Source: Auanema rhodensis
Lineage: Eukaryota; Animalia; Nematoda
Direction of reading: 5' to 3'
NCBI GenBank assembly: GCA_964057225.1
Contig: OZ059899.1
Span: 7,068,001 to 7,132,000, forward strand
Length of the DNA: 64,000 nt
Below are positions 14,101 to 27,700 of this stretch, one piece after another. The position numbers and the translations under genes were made by a program. The notes beneath the pieces were generated by a model. The model worked only from the letters and a program-made list of their open reading frames with translations, had not been told where the DNA came from and searched no databases. How positions within the stretch are numbered: the first letter of the stretch is position 1; the number at the start of each line of letters is the position of its first letter.

Positions 14101-17100
14101 TAGTAGAGAAAAGAAAATAGAGGGAAAGAAGTTAAGACTAGATGAGTATGGATGTCTGTTTGACTAATAAACTATATCTGGCTCTTTCCTTTTCCATAAA
14201 ATTGAATAGATTGAGAGTAATAGATGATCTCATGGGCTCTTTACCTCTCTCTTTCTTTCTCTTACCCTCTCGCCTTTTTTTTACATATTTCAACACTTCT
14301 CTCACAAATAGATATCTCTCAATCTTTTCATTTTCTATTGAATCTAGGCATGTGAGTATGTGTACGTTGTCTCCAGGATATTGATCAGACAACGATTCCA
14401 TATGTATGTACATATAATCATCATCTCCATTCTCGCCTTTTCACCTTACGATGCAAGTGCTATTTGCCTTTTCCATCATCACATAAAGGCTGAGCAGAGC
14501 TGGATTTGCACACAGGGACAAAATCGTTCCAAAACCTCCTTATTCTCGTTTTCTCTCATTTCCTTTCTGCTTTTCGTCCTTTTAAGGTTAATATAATAGC
14601 AGGGTCTTGCAAGGTGATCGAGGGAAATTACTTGAGCTAAGAGGGGGGGATTTCAGTTGCTCGATGCGTTTTCTTAATATTTGGCTCACAGTCGGTGAAT
14701 CTTTAAAGCAAAGAAGACATAAAACGGTTTTAGTATTGATGCGTTACAAGCTTAGAATTTATCCAAAATCTTCTTCTTTTGTATATCGTTGTGTATTTGT
14801 TTCTGCAGTTATTAGATACAAAAGATGATGATAAAACACAACAGCGACTAACGACCTCAAAGAGCCAAAGTGTGCCTAACGGATAAAGTCAGGACGGCAG
14901 AACGACGACATCTTTTGTCGTCAAAGTATTGAAGTTGAATATTGTCAAAAATCAACCAGATAATGTGAATAGAAAGTATTCATTCAAGAAAAACTATAAA
15001 TGAAAAATAATTGAATGAAATTTCAAGCAACTAATCAATCCTAAGAGCGAAAAGTCAAAAAATTGCTTCGCTGCTTGCATAAACTTCCATTTTATCTTTC
15101 AAAACTTCTTTCAATTAGATAACAAAATTGTTTTGAATTAACAATAAATGTTGGAAACTTATTTTTTCAATTTTTAGGACCAGCACGGATTCAGCCAGTC
15201 AACAATGCATTAACGATCTCAAGCAACGTTTACTGCGAACAGCAGTCAGCAAGAATCCCAACATCCTTAATACAGTTGAAAATCAACAAATTAAGGTATT
15301 TATAAAGATAAACAGTAATTATATTAACAAAACATAATATTTTAAGGAAATTATTACTCAAATAATTGGTGGAGATGATCCAACTATGCTTAATCATGAT
15401 CAAATCAATGCTATCAATGATTGGATTGAATCACTTGATTTAGCTGATGAACGAAGGAGGTATGTTCTTCTTTATAATTATTATTCATATCGTTTTTACT
15501 AATTATATAACTATATTTAACTATATATTTCATAAACTGAAAAAAAATATATTTTCGACTAAGAAATAGAAATGAATTTCAAAAAGGGTTGAGATGTCTT
15601 CCAAAATTAATTATAACGATGTTGATGTAACTCTTCTCGTCATTTCTATTTTACTTCATTCCTTTTTTTTTGATAATTATCTCATGATGATCATGATTTA
15701 TCTATATTTCTCGTAATTTTGAAGTTTCATTTTCATTAATTTTTTCCTTTCTATTTTCTATTCTAGTCTCTCAAACAAAATGTTTTATGAGCGGATAATC
15801 TGGAGAGTACTTGATTGACTGACTGATTGACTTCATTTTTCCGTTTCAAAGATCATAAGAATTTTGAAAAAAAATAAGAAAAAAAGAAAAGAAATGCACA
15901 ACGACTAAGAGAATCCGATACTATAAAGAGTGATTGAGGAGAGCGAGAGAAAATGAAGGAAGGAGAGAGGAAAAACGAGTACGCGATTTAAGCTTTGTGA
16001 AAGAGATAAGCCCACGAAAGTCAAATCAACACAACCTTTTGTATTCCGTTTCGTTACTCTCTCTTCTTCTGCAGATTATCTCTAATCACTTTTCAATAGA
16101 GCTTTATCATCACAAGAAGAACATCACGGTTAATTAAGCAAAGAAATGTTGCATATACTAACTATATCTATATAGTTTATTCAATTTGTCCTCTTATATT
16201 GACCTTATAAAGGTACATATTCTTCTTAAATTCTTTCTCTTTTTAACTTTTGTTCCTTTTCTACCGTGTTTTCCATTTAAAATCTGGATCTCATTGATAT
16301 ACGGTAGACAGTTTCCGTTCTATACTCTTCTAGATGAGACCAGCTTGGCGCTTATTGGCTGTCTGTTATTCTATCAAAATACGACTCTCTCACATATCAA
16401 TACTCTTTAAAGCGATAGACAGAGAGATTCTTTAGCAGTTGGACGATTTTTCGACAACGACATTTTCCGGTTCTAATTCATCTGCTTTTTTCAATCCTTT
16501 GCTCACCAATTCAACTCCGCGGCTTGTAGATTTCACTCTCTATATTCAATCCGTTTGTTAATTCAAAAGTATTGAAAATCATATACATAAAAACATATAT
16601 TTAATTATAAATATAATAATTATATATAGTTAGTTGAGTATAAAGTTAAAAAATTAACTTTTTAAACGAATTTAATTTATTTTTGTCATCTACTTTGAGG
16701 GAAATTGATAGTTCAGCGTTTGCTGTCCAAAGGCGTTTTCATGCACTATTGGGGTAACCAGAAACCTTTCGTTATCTTCTCTTTTTTTCTCTCTATCCCT
16801 CTTTCTTTCTCTCTCTCCCACTCTCACTCTCTCTCTTTATATCTAATTATGAAGAAAAAAGAAAATCAAAAAGTAAACTCGTTCTTCTTCATGTGGATTA
16901 GTATCAATCATGAATACGAAATGCGTTTATTTCAATTATAAAGCAATAATTATTTTGAAATCATTGACAATAAGATTCACTATGGCATATATGATGCATC
17001 TTGTTGATGTGAAACGAGAACAGTAAGCTTCTTCTTGTTGTTTCCAAAAATTACATCAATTAGCTACAGAATCCTTTTGTATTGTGAAAGAACAACCATA

Positions 17101-17883
17101 CCCATCTTCATTATAGTTTTCAATGATGATGCCATCGTGTTGTTGATGTTGACATCTAGGCATACAAGATTGAAAATCTGGTCTTTGACTATTTTCTCTT
17201 GTTATAAGTATAACAATTACATTAAACAATTTTTTTAATTGTCTCAACAAATTAATTTTAACAATGAGAAGATTTTCAATAAAACTTTTGTCTTCAAGTT
17301 GATTGAATGAGGAAACTAAGATATTCCATTGGATATGTTAAATCTAAATATCAGATAAAACCATCAATGGAGCAACATTAGCCTTGTAAAAACCTGATAA
17401 ATGAGAGATGTTGTCCTTTTCTTTCATATGTCTAGACATCTGAAGCTGCTAAAATCTTTTACAATGTCCTCTATGCCTTCATTAAGAACAATTACATTGT
17501 TATAAAAACTTGTTTCGTATCTCAACGATTATTCATGCTAACCTGAGGCTCTCGACCTTTGGTTCTAGTAACGAACGGCTTGTACATCAACATCTGAAGA
17601 CAGATGACAATGAATTGATTGAAGAATAGTTAGTTAAGAGATCATGAATGGAATTTATTTGAAAATCAAATAATAGTTAATATGTGAAACATACATACAT
17701 GTAAATACATGTTTATATATAGTATGTATGTATATATGTGATGTATATACAGTAATATTATATAAAGATAAAGAGATGAAATATATAATGATTAACGTAT
17801 ATCTTTAACTATTATTTTGTATATGATAATTATAAAATAAAAATAATAATGAGAACAAAGTTACGAGGCATAAATTTAAAAAA

Positions 17884-17945
<62 letters not shown>

Positions 17946-20900
17946 AGAGGTAGGAAGTAAAGTAAACGAAAAAAAATAGGTTGAAAAGAGAGAGTAGATA
18001 GTACAGATCTATATTCATTTGAGCTGATAGCCTGATAAGCGAATCTGAATACATGAGAATATCATAATTCTATAGGAGAGTTGTAAGAAAAAAAATCAAA
18101 AGAGTTATATGATAGATAAAGAATAAAGAAGAGAAAAAGATTGAAAAAGAGAAATAAATGGACAACGATAATCGCATTATTCGTTTGTTCATAATAAACT
18201 TCAATACAAACTTAAGCCGATATGATATTCACATGATTTTGGACTCTTGTGTATCAAACAAACATCAATAGATCCTCTCTTCTGTATCATCCTCTTCCTC
18301 ATATTCATATATATTCATACGTTTTGAATTCATTCAAATCCACAAAAAAAAATTAAATAAAAACTAAAAATTGAGGGAACAAGGAATGAAAAGGGATTCA
18401 GATGAACTTTTTTACGTTTTTATAAAGAATTTATATAAAAAATTATTATAATTAATCGAATATAAATTCATAATATGTATATGAACTTTTATATTTCATA
18501 TGATTCATTATTCTAAAAAAGAAGAAAAGAAACTATCAAAGAATCAAAATCATATCTGATTCATATTTGTAAACTTTTAAAATGTTTTTAAACTATTTGA
18601 TTGAAGTAATCATAATTCAATTTTATTTCTTAGGGACTATACATTTAAATAAATTTATATATATATATATATATATAATTAGTAAAAAGACGATTGACGA
18701 AAACAGTTAAAATTACTAAATATTCTGCTTTTCAGCCCTGTCTCACAAGTTCGTTTTAATCACATGCTCGAAATTCCTCGACTTGAAAAATGGTTCAAAT
18801 CTGATCCAAATCCAAGTCGTCAAAAGCTCAATCATTACATAAGCACACTTAACAGCAGTCCTTACCGTAAAAATCAACAAAAGATTGGATATCAACAGGT
18901 AAATAATCTATTTTTTCAAATATTTCATGTTTATTAATTATTTTTAGATTTGCAATTGGTTCCAAAACCAACGTGCTAATAGACGTACTGTCTTTTCTCA
19001 AGCTCCACCACTTACTCAGGTTCGTATTAGAGTTCATTTTCAACTTTCCGCATATTTTCCCTAAAGCAAAGAACTTTTTTTGCAATGAGCATGGCTTTAT
19101 TAAGACCTTCTACTTAATTTATCTTTTCTTCAACCTTAATTTCCTTTTTAAATCTTTTAGATCCAAGCAAGTCTTCCTGCCCTTCTAGCTGAATACAGAC
19201 CGAAGATTGATTTTACTAATTTAATCGACAGTTGTCAGAAATCAACTGATGAAAGCATAGGCAGTGACTGGAAGGTAAATCATATGTTTCAACATCTTCT
19301 TCTTCTTCTTTTCCCTCTTATAGCTTTATCTATTTTCAATTTGTCCTTCAACAAATTTCTTTATAATTTAACCTTTTACTTCTAATTCTGACAGCTAAAT
19401 ATGGAAATCCTCCTATGCAAATTTTAAGATTAAGGACTGGAAATATTGCATATATCACTGATTTTGATATCAGAAATCATGTGATATGTATTCATAGAGA
19501 TATGTATATACATAAACACATAGTTAACCATAACTATTATGCTATGATTTGAAGCATAATATTGCCTTTAAACTAATATGTTGCATATTTAGTTGTCAAT
19601 CATCTTAATTTTCAATAATACCTATCAGCCCAGCTCTTTCTCCTTCATATAACATATTTATCGATGAAACATCTGAGTTCAGCTTTTCCAGGATATTCTT
19701 CGTGTGGATGGAGGATCTGATTCACCAAGTCCAGGAGATGATGAAATTCACAGCAATAGCGATGGAGCTAACGAATTCAAGCAGGTCAGCGGGGAGGTTA
19801 GTAACCCTCACAAACAAACAACAACTACTTTAAAAATACATTCAAAATAGATTATTAATCAATCTCAAATGTACTTTTTAAGAAAATCCAAAATATCTTT
19901 TCTCATCAATCTAGTAATCTACGGATTTTCCATTCTTTGCAATTGCCAATTGGCATTTTTGACCGATCTTATCTAAGCCTCGCCAGCATTCTGAGTCGGC
20001 TTGACCTTGTTCGGAAAAAATTTCAGTCAAAGAGGGGAAGGGGATATATATCGAATAGATGAAGGTTAATAAAGAGAAAATATATATAGAGAGAGAGTGA
20101 GAAAGAAAGAGAGTGAGAGAGAGAGAAATGCAACTGAGATTTAAAATTGAAAAGATGAATGTATGCAGTGAGAGTTGTGACTCTAACCAAAATGGCCATA
20201 CACGACTGGTTTTTTTCCCTTTTGAAAGCCACAAACAGATTTGTCCTTGCCTACCTTTTCTAAGTGAAGAAATATCGTTCTTCTGTTGCTATTTCGATGT
20301 TATCTTGGATTCAGTATAGCTCATCATGAGAGGATATAGAAGATTTTTTTTCATTTAAGTGAAGAATACAGAATGTTTAAATTGGAAAGCTTGACAGCCA
20401 TCAATCACAACACCTGTTTTTGGAATAGAAAAGAGAAAAAAAATGATTTTCATATAAAAGGGGCTAAATTGAGATAAACTATATAACTTTATAATATTTA
20501 GTTCATTTATACTTAATGGATTATAATGGATTACTTAAAAAGATAAAAGTAAAGATATTTCTTTTTAATAAGATTTTATTGTGATTTAGTTCAACATAGA
20601 TAGAAGTTAGATATAATTTAAAATTTTTCTTTAATAGAGTTCTTCTAATCCTTTATCCTATTAATCTTACACAATAGAAATTGGATCTATCTTCTTCTAT
20701 TCAAGACTTAACTAACTCAAATTAAATCTCGGAAAATAATTTTAAATTATATTGAAAAAGTATGTATATCTCAAGATATATCAAGAAATTGAAAAGCTAG
20801 ATAACTCATTGACTGAAAGAGAAGGGACTTTTGGAATGTTGAGCAAAAGAATACTTTAAATATTTGATAAAAATTCTTTAAACATTCGAAATAATAATAA

Positions 20901-21482
20901 TAATTAAGTTTATTGTTAGTTATATTCTGATTTTTAGGAATCAACTGCTTCCTCTCCTGATTTCTCCATGCATATTGGATCGAACTCTATAGGTAGCTCA
21001 TCACCTCGTCATGGAACTGATAGCCATGGCATACCTACTGGAACGTCGTCAGCTCCATCTAATCCAAATCATGGAATAGGATCAGGATGTAATTTATTTC
21101 AAATATAAAATATTTTTTATATAAATAATCTTTTAGCTCGATCACGTTTAATGTTCGATCCATTAACTGAGTTACCAATCTTGGAAAAATGGTTCGAAGA
21201 GAATCCACATCCAACCTGGATGCAGATTGATCAATATACATCAACACTTAATAGCTGTCCATATCGTGAGAACTATCCACATATTAGTCAGCATAACGTT
21301 AAGGTAATTTATATATTTCTTAATTATAATTTATAATTTTATATAATTAAATATTTTGAAAGAAATATGCTTAATAATTCTCAAATTCATTGTTTTTCTT
21401 TAAGATCTGGTTCAAAAATCGACGTGCCAAATGCAAACGGATGCAAACGGGAATGGAAAAGATGGAAAAAGTCTTTTTATGA
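5170..21482 (+). CDS. dve-1: DVE-1 (defective proventriculus / SATB-like) transcription factor with COMPASS domain and two atypical homeodomains; 458 or 462 aa
   Basis: Coding exons: 5170-5350, 12454-12580, 15178-15295, 15347-15459, 18736-18898, 18948-19019, 19161-19274, 19692-19784 (or -19796), 20938-21088, 21137-21303, 21405-21482. All introns are GT..AG with matching phases; total 1377 or 1389 nt. Translation includes [19 protein letters not shown]...[19 protein letters not shown] (COMPASS), [16 protein letters not shown]...[10 protein letters not shown] (HD1) and [33 protein letters not shown]...[14 protein letters not shown] (HD2). This closely matches C. elegans DVE-1 as I recall it. 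Confidence 0.96.
5817..5869. repeat. (GAT/GCT)n trinucleotide microsatellite in dve-1 intron 1
   Basis: atgatgatgttgatgctgatgatgctgatgatgatgctgatgatgatgatgac. Confidence 0.85.
13971..14010. repeat. 7-bp minisatellite (TATATAG), about 5 copies
   Basis: tatatagtgtatagtatatagtatatagtatatagtatat. Confidence 0.8.
17884..17942. repeat. Compound (AT)n(GA)n microsatellite in dve-1 intron 4
   Basis: Direct reading. Confidence 0.9.
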
Positions 21483-21803
21483 ATGAAATGAGAAGTTGAA
21501 GCACTTCGTCATATTAAACAATCTCCATAATGGATGAATTATCCGAATCTAACTGCCAATATACGGCACATTCATCGTCTCTACATATCAACCTTATCTG
21601 AATACATAAACACTCTCCACATCCTCCATCCTATTCTTTGAATTTATCTGTCTGTATAGTGTATTTTTCATATTTTACTTCATATTTCTTTAATACATTC
21701 AAACAGATTGAATGCTGTACCCTAATAAGTACCGTTATTATAAGAAATGTTTGTTTATGTATTCTATCATTATGTGCTATCATAATATGGCTAGCTCTCG
21801 TTT

Positions 21804-21856
21804 CATCATCATCATCATCATCATCATCACCATCTTCTTCGTCTTCTTCTTCTTCT
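21804..21856. repeat. (CAT)n/(CTT)n microsatellite in the dve-1 3' UTR
   Basis: catcatcatcatc...cttcttcgtcttcttcttcttct. Confidence 0.8.
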
Positions 21857-22261
21857 ATAATCATCTTCCAATTCTGTGTTTCACTATTTTCTCATTCCTT
21901 CATTCATATATCTCACTATTCCATTCTTCTTTTACATTCATTATTTCAATGTAATGACGAGTGAGACATATATTCAGTAGATTCTGATTCTGTTCGAAGA
22001 TCTCCACTCCCCCTCTCTATCATCCGATGTGAGTGTGTGTGTGTGCGTGTGTGTGGTTGACTCTCTAACCGTTTCCAAATGTTACAGCTTCTACTATTCT
22101 CCTACTCCATCTATTTCCTATTTCGGGTCCAATTTCTTAAAGAAAATTGTATGTGTCCGTGTTACAGCGAGTGCCTTTTGTCGTCCCGACCTCGTAGTAT
22201 GGCCTCCGGGCTCATGTCTAGATTTAACTCATTTTCTGATATGTCTAGTCTTATCCTTCAT

Positions 22262-22292
<31 letters not shown>

Positions 22293-23114
22293 TGAATGTA
22301 TCCTTGTACGTTTTATAACTTTAATCCAATTATTCATATAGTTAATCGGATTTTTATCTTTTTATCTCTCCATCTTATTGTCCATTTATCAGTCCCCCTC
22401 CTTTGTATGTGTATAGAACTCTGTAACAGACAATTTCTTCAATTCATTGCTTTTCCATAAAGGCTCACGAAACACCTTATATTGATTTTGAAAGTCAACA
22501 TTTTGACATTCAAAGATGATTTGAAGATCATATGATCGAAGAATCGAATAAGATTGGTATTTTTTTATTAAATTTGGCTCCGCAACGATTCACTTGAATT
22601 TCAATATCTCATTGTTATGCTTTCTTCATTCTTTCTTCGTTGTGTTACTCCTATGTCTGTCCTTTTGCTTAGTGATAACGCTTAGATACTGTATATATAG
22701 AGATGGTCAACCATGCGTTCCCACCGCTACTTAATATTCGAGATCTATAGTATTTTATTATTATTTTTCATTCAATCTTTTTTTTTCTTTGTCGTCTTAT
22801 AAAGATGAATTGTACTGTCTGGTTAGTTACATTATATTATCCAGATTTACGTTCTATATATATTCTATATACATATACTATAATCAATTTTTTCTCTTCT
22901 TCTTCTTCTCTTTTCCTCACCCAACTAACCATTCCCCCTCCCTCTCCCTCAGAAAATTCTTTATAATTGTTTAAATATCTCTCTATATCTTATTTCCTCT
23001 TATATTCTCCTTTTCACTTCCCTTTCAAACACTTTACATATACATCTTTTACATTTTTCTTAATTTTTATATTGAAAAACCATTTTTCTTGCCAAAAGTT
23101 TTCATAGATTACTT

Positions 23115-23120
23115 AATAAA
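23115..23120 (+). terminator. Putative dve-1 polyadenylation signal, implying a 3' UTR of about 1.65 kb
   Basis: This is the first canonical AATAAA I found after the stop at 21482. It is followed by a T-rich tract and lies just before the end of the convergent chemoreceptor gene. Confidence 0.55.
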
Positions 23121-23324
23121 GCTTCAAATCATATTGTTTTTTTATCAATTTACAATAATAATAATAATTAAATAATGGAATAATACATACAGATCAATAT
23201 CTCAAGCTGTTATTCGAAGAACCAACAGGTGAACAAGATGATAATAGAAAGCAGAAAAGAATTTACAAAAGTAAACAAATTACATGAAAGGATTTTCCTT
23301 ATATGCAATAGCAGCATTCTAAAA

Positions 23325-24739
23325 TTATGAAATATTAGATGTATTACGAGTTGTTGCTACAATAGTTGAATCATCACGGCTTCTTATATTAACCATTTGT
23401 TTAATTCGTTTAACAATATATTGATTATATTCTTTTACAAAATATATTGATACAAGTGGATTTAATACTGGTAACATAGGAAAACATAATGTTATTCCTA
23501 TTTGAAGAATATCTGGCATTGATATATTAAGTATTAAAGGAAATAAAAATACAAGAAATATTGGTAGAAGATAAAATATAAAAGGAACTGCGAACTATAA
23601 TTATATTTATTTTAAATATAAATATAAATATATATATGGATATTTACCTGAATAAAAAGTAATCGAAGCATTTGCCAATGATATTTTCTTGCTGCTGAAC
23701 TCATTGTTCCACTTTTTCGTAATTTTCTAAGAATACGATCAGAACAAAAAAATATAATAAGAAGATCAATTATACACAATAATATAATAACAGTAGATGC
23801 TGGTTGTCTCAATATATCTATATTAGATACCTTAAATATAATATTAATGATGAATAATATTAATTATTTTATTATTATTATTATTATTTTAATTAAAAAA
23901 GGAAATAAAGTAAGTATAGTATACCTCTGCTGATACACCCAAATAGTAATGTTCTGATAAATGCATTTGAACTGTTTCATATACTACATTAGATAAAGCA
24001 GTTTCAAATATAGGATGTGGACCCATCCCATATCGAACTCCATAAAACCATCCAATAAATACAAAGAAATTAATTAAAATTAATAAAATTATAAAAGGAA
24101 TTTTTTGTAATAATTGTTGTAAAGTTATACTAAAAATATAAATTATTATAATAAATATATTCAATATTTAATATTAATTACTTGCAAAGTATAGCATAAC
24201 GATAGATGAAACAGTTTGCTATTAGTACAATAGTTGCTGCCATTCCCAAATTAAAGAAATAAACAGCAATTTCTCCCCATAAATAGTTGGAATATCTTGA
24301 TATACCAACATAAGCAAATACTAATATTGTATTTTCTTCAATAGCACACTAAATATTATATATTATATAACATATAATTTGTTGTTTTTTTTTTAAATAA
24401 ATGATAAATATCTTACAGGTAAAGATATAAAATGTGAAATACTATATAGTAAATCCATTATAACATATAAATATAAATAAAATCTATAATTTGATATATA
24501 TATTGAAGATGATTTATAAATTGTATATCCAAATAAAACATTTAAAAGGATTGATATGATCGTTAGGATGAGTATAATCCAAAAGAGGTTATCTATTATC
24601 CTAAATTATTGAATAATTTATATTAATTTTTATATTTTTATGTTTATTTTTATCTTAAAATAATTAAAAAAACAAAAAATTTTAATAATTAATGAATAAA
24701 TAAATAAAAAAAACATTAAACATACCAGTATCTTTCCAT
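23325..24739 (-). CDS. Nematode 7TM chemosensory GPCR, Str superfamily (Str/Srj/Srd-like), 340 aa
   Basis: Exons on the minus strand: 24739-24726, 24600-24417, 24348-24182, 24129-23925, 23830-23648, 23594-23325. Total 1023 nt, intact frame. Family motifs: LLNVLFGYTIYKSS..ISNYRFYL...DLLYS...LP, FIYRYAILC, MSSAARKYHWQMLRLLFIQFAVP and PVLNPLVSIYFVKEY. Confidence 0.9.
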
Positions 24740-27700
24740 TGATCACAATGATCTTGTTGCAAATGAATAAAAAGAAAATGAGTAAAAGTGTGGGAAAGAG
24801 AAGGCTGCTAAATGAAAAACTTTTAATTTTTTCATTAATCACATGAGAAAACGATTTGATTTTCTTCAAAGTTTTATCAGATAACGAGAAGAGAGTATAC
24901 AATGTATGTACATATTAGTTTCGAACACCTTTTTTTGAAATATATGTGATTTGTATAGTATATATACTATGTATATTCTATATTTGAAATTATAATGATA
25001 TATTTAAAGATCAATAAACATTAAAGTTTATATAAAATTAAAACAAAAATAAACAATTATTTTTTGTTTTTTATTACAAAAAAATAATAATGTAAAATAT
25101 AAATAATAAATAATAAGCTTAAACAAAGAATAAATATAATATTTCACATTTATTGTGACTCATTTTTTCACCCAAACATCTTACAACTTTGACACTATAC
25201 TATATAGTATTCTCTCAAATTATGTGAAAGTTTTAATTTAAAAAATTGTTTAATTAATTTCTTTTTATTAAATTATATAATTTTTAATTTTAAGTTAATT
25301 TAATTTAAATATAAATATATCAAAGAAACAAAGCAGGTAAGTATTGATAAGTATGTATGTAGTATATAAAAAGTTTTTTAACGAAAACGAGCATAGCTTT
25401 TAACAAGTAAGATTCAACATCTTACTGAATATACTGAATAGTACTACCAAATTCTCCCATTCAAAAGAAAAATAGACGTTTAGTGTTCACCAAACATTCT
25501 ATGTGAAAATTATATCAGAAGTTTTTATAAAACTTCTGAAATTCAAGTAAAAAGACTTCAAGTAGTTTAAGAAAGTTTTGGAGATTCCAGAAAATACTTT
25601 TAAACATGATTCATTGATTTTTTTTCAATTTTTTAAAATTCAGTATCGTTTTTTAACACTCAAAGTATATTTTTTGTAGTTGGGAATATAAATAAATTTT
25701 TTACAAATTAAATTAGATTCATATTCGGTGATTAGAGATCAATCTCTTAGTTCAATCTAATACTATTAAAAAAATATTTATGAAAATTAAAGAAAACAAA
25801 AATAAACAAACAACAATATTATATAATTGATTTTAATATTTATTGAACTAATTTTAATTATTTTGTGCACTTTCAATCCAGTCTGCTATCTTATCCGGAT
25901 AAAGCGTCAAGACAACAGGAGAACAGAAGTCCGCTAGTTTCAAGTTCTAAACAAACAATTGAGAATTTCTTAGATCTTCTTCGTATATCGGTCTCTTCAT
26001 TTCTAATATTCTTCTATTCCTTTTTTTTGATATTTTTTCTGTTTTCAAATCCATTTTTAACTGTTCCAATCTATGTTCATTTTCCAGATAGTTTTTGCTC
26101 TTCGTCAAACGTAACCGATTTAATAGAAAAAGAGATCGCAACATCTCAATCTCAATATCATTTCATGACAATTTTCTATTTGAAAATGAGTTTCAGATTT
26201 GGTCAAGAATACATATATGAATAAACGAATATTTTATTTATTTTTAAATAAGAAGAAAAGAAAAATAATATAGAGATACGGAGATAAAGAGAAATCATAT
26301 GAGAAGAAAAGAAAATCATGACAATAAGATGATGATGATGATGATGATGATGTTGTATCTCAATGAAACACCTGATACTCATTTTACTTTATATCTTATA
26401 CAATATAATTAAAATAAACATATTTTTCTTTCTTAATATCTCTGTTTATTATGTAAAAAAAAGTTTTAAAATAGATCAAAATTAATTATAATGGTCTTAA
26501 TGTTTAAGAATTTAATTGAACTTCAAATATATTTATCAAAATTTATATTAGATCATTTATTTCGTTTAAACTTTCATCTTTAATTTTTATTAAATACAAA
26601 ATTTTCATCTTCAATCATATCGCAATCATCTAGCTTTTTCATAATGGGCTTATTATATTAAATATTTTGTCTTTTCTATATATAGAAGATATAAATCTTA
26701 TTGAATATTTTGATCGTGTCCTCAGATTACCAAAGCTGAGTGGAATAAGGGTGGGGAGGGGGGCAACACGAAGATAAGCATGTTTGGGAGGGGTAGCGAG
26801 GTTGGACAGTGAGGAGAAGAAGAATGGAGAAGGAGAAAATTGGAAGGAAGTCAAATAATCGTGACGAACGATTAGATTTTAGCCATTCTCTCAATAATAT
26901 CAATAAAATATTTAATTCTATATGATATACTAGAAGAAATTATTTAAAATATATAAATTCTTCTTTTGAATTAAAGTTTCAATTATATATTTCAAAATCA
27001 TTTATTTTCTTTAATGTTCTGTTTTTTTTAAATATATATATTCTTCTTCTTTTTTTACTTTTAACCACCACCTGCTTATTTCACTTAACATACAAACAAA
27101 AGTTTTTAAACTTTCAACAGGAAAACTCAATTTTAGCCCAATTTTTACTGTAATTTCTAGTATTAAAACAAATAAATATTTGATTTTAATGAATTCTAAA
27201 AATATTTTTTTTTTAAATTTTAATAAACTACTTTCTAACTTTTTATTAAAATATTCTAATAATTTACTTTATATAATATATAATCATCTGTATGTTCTTC
27301 CTACACTTTCACAACTACAACGTGTTCTTCTTCATCTCCTTCTTCTTCAATGTTTCAATCTTATTTCCGTTTGTTATGTAGTTCTTTACTGGAGAAGAGT
27401 AGCCAATGACGTTGACGGCATTTCAATGACTCAATCGACGGTATGTCTCTATTATGTCATTCAATGTCTATCTGACCGTCAGGATTCTCCGAATTTTATT
27501 TACTTTCTCAGCTGATTTTCAGTTCTTTCCACCTGGGGCTGCTTTTACGCAGCTGTTGTAGCTCCTTCCTCAATCATCAATAGTAAGATGTCAACTGGGC
27601 ATAACACACATTATCTCTTTCCTTCCTCCATATATCTCTCTTTCTCTCTCTCTCTCTCTCTTTTCTTTGTTTCTCTTTATTCTATCCATATACTATGAAC

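Noticed and set aside
25515-25539. 11-bp inverted repeat tcagaagtttt/aaaacttctga
   Set aside because: Isolated and AT-rich, with no MITE-like internal sequence, TSD or second copy seen.
25865-26224. Overlapping short ORFs on both strands between the GPCR and LZTS-like genes
   Set aside because: No motifs, no introns and no homology that I recognise.
26712-26732. 12-13-mers shared with about 28165 and about 62286
   Set aside because: Matches of this length are expected by chance in 64 kb.
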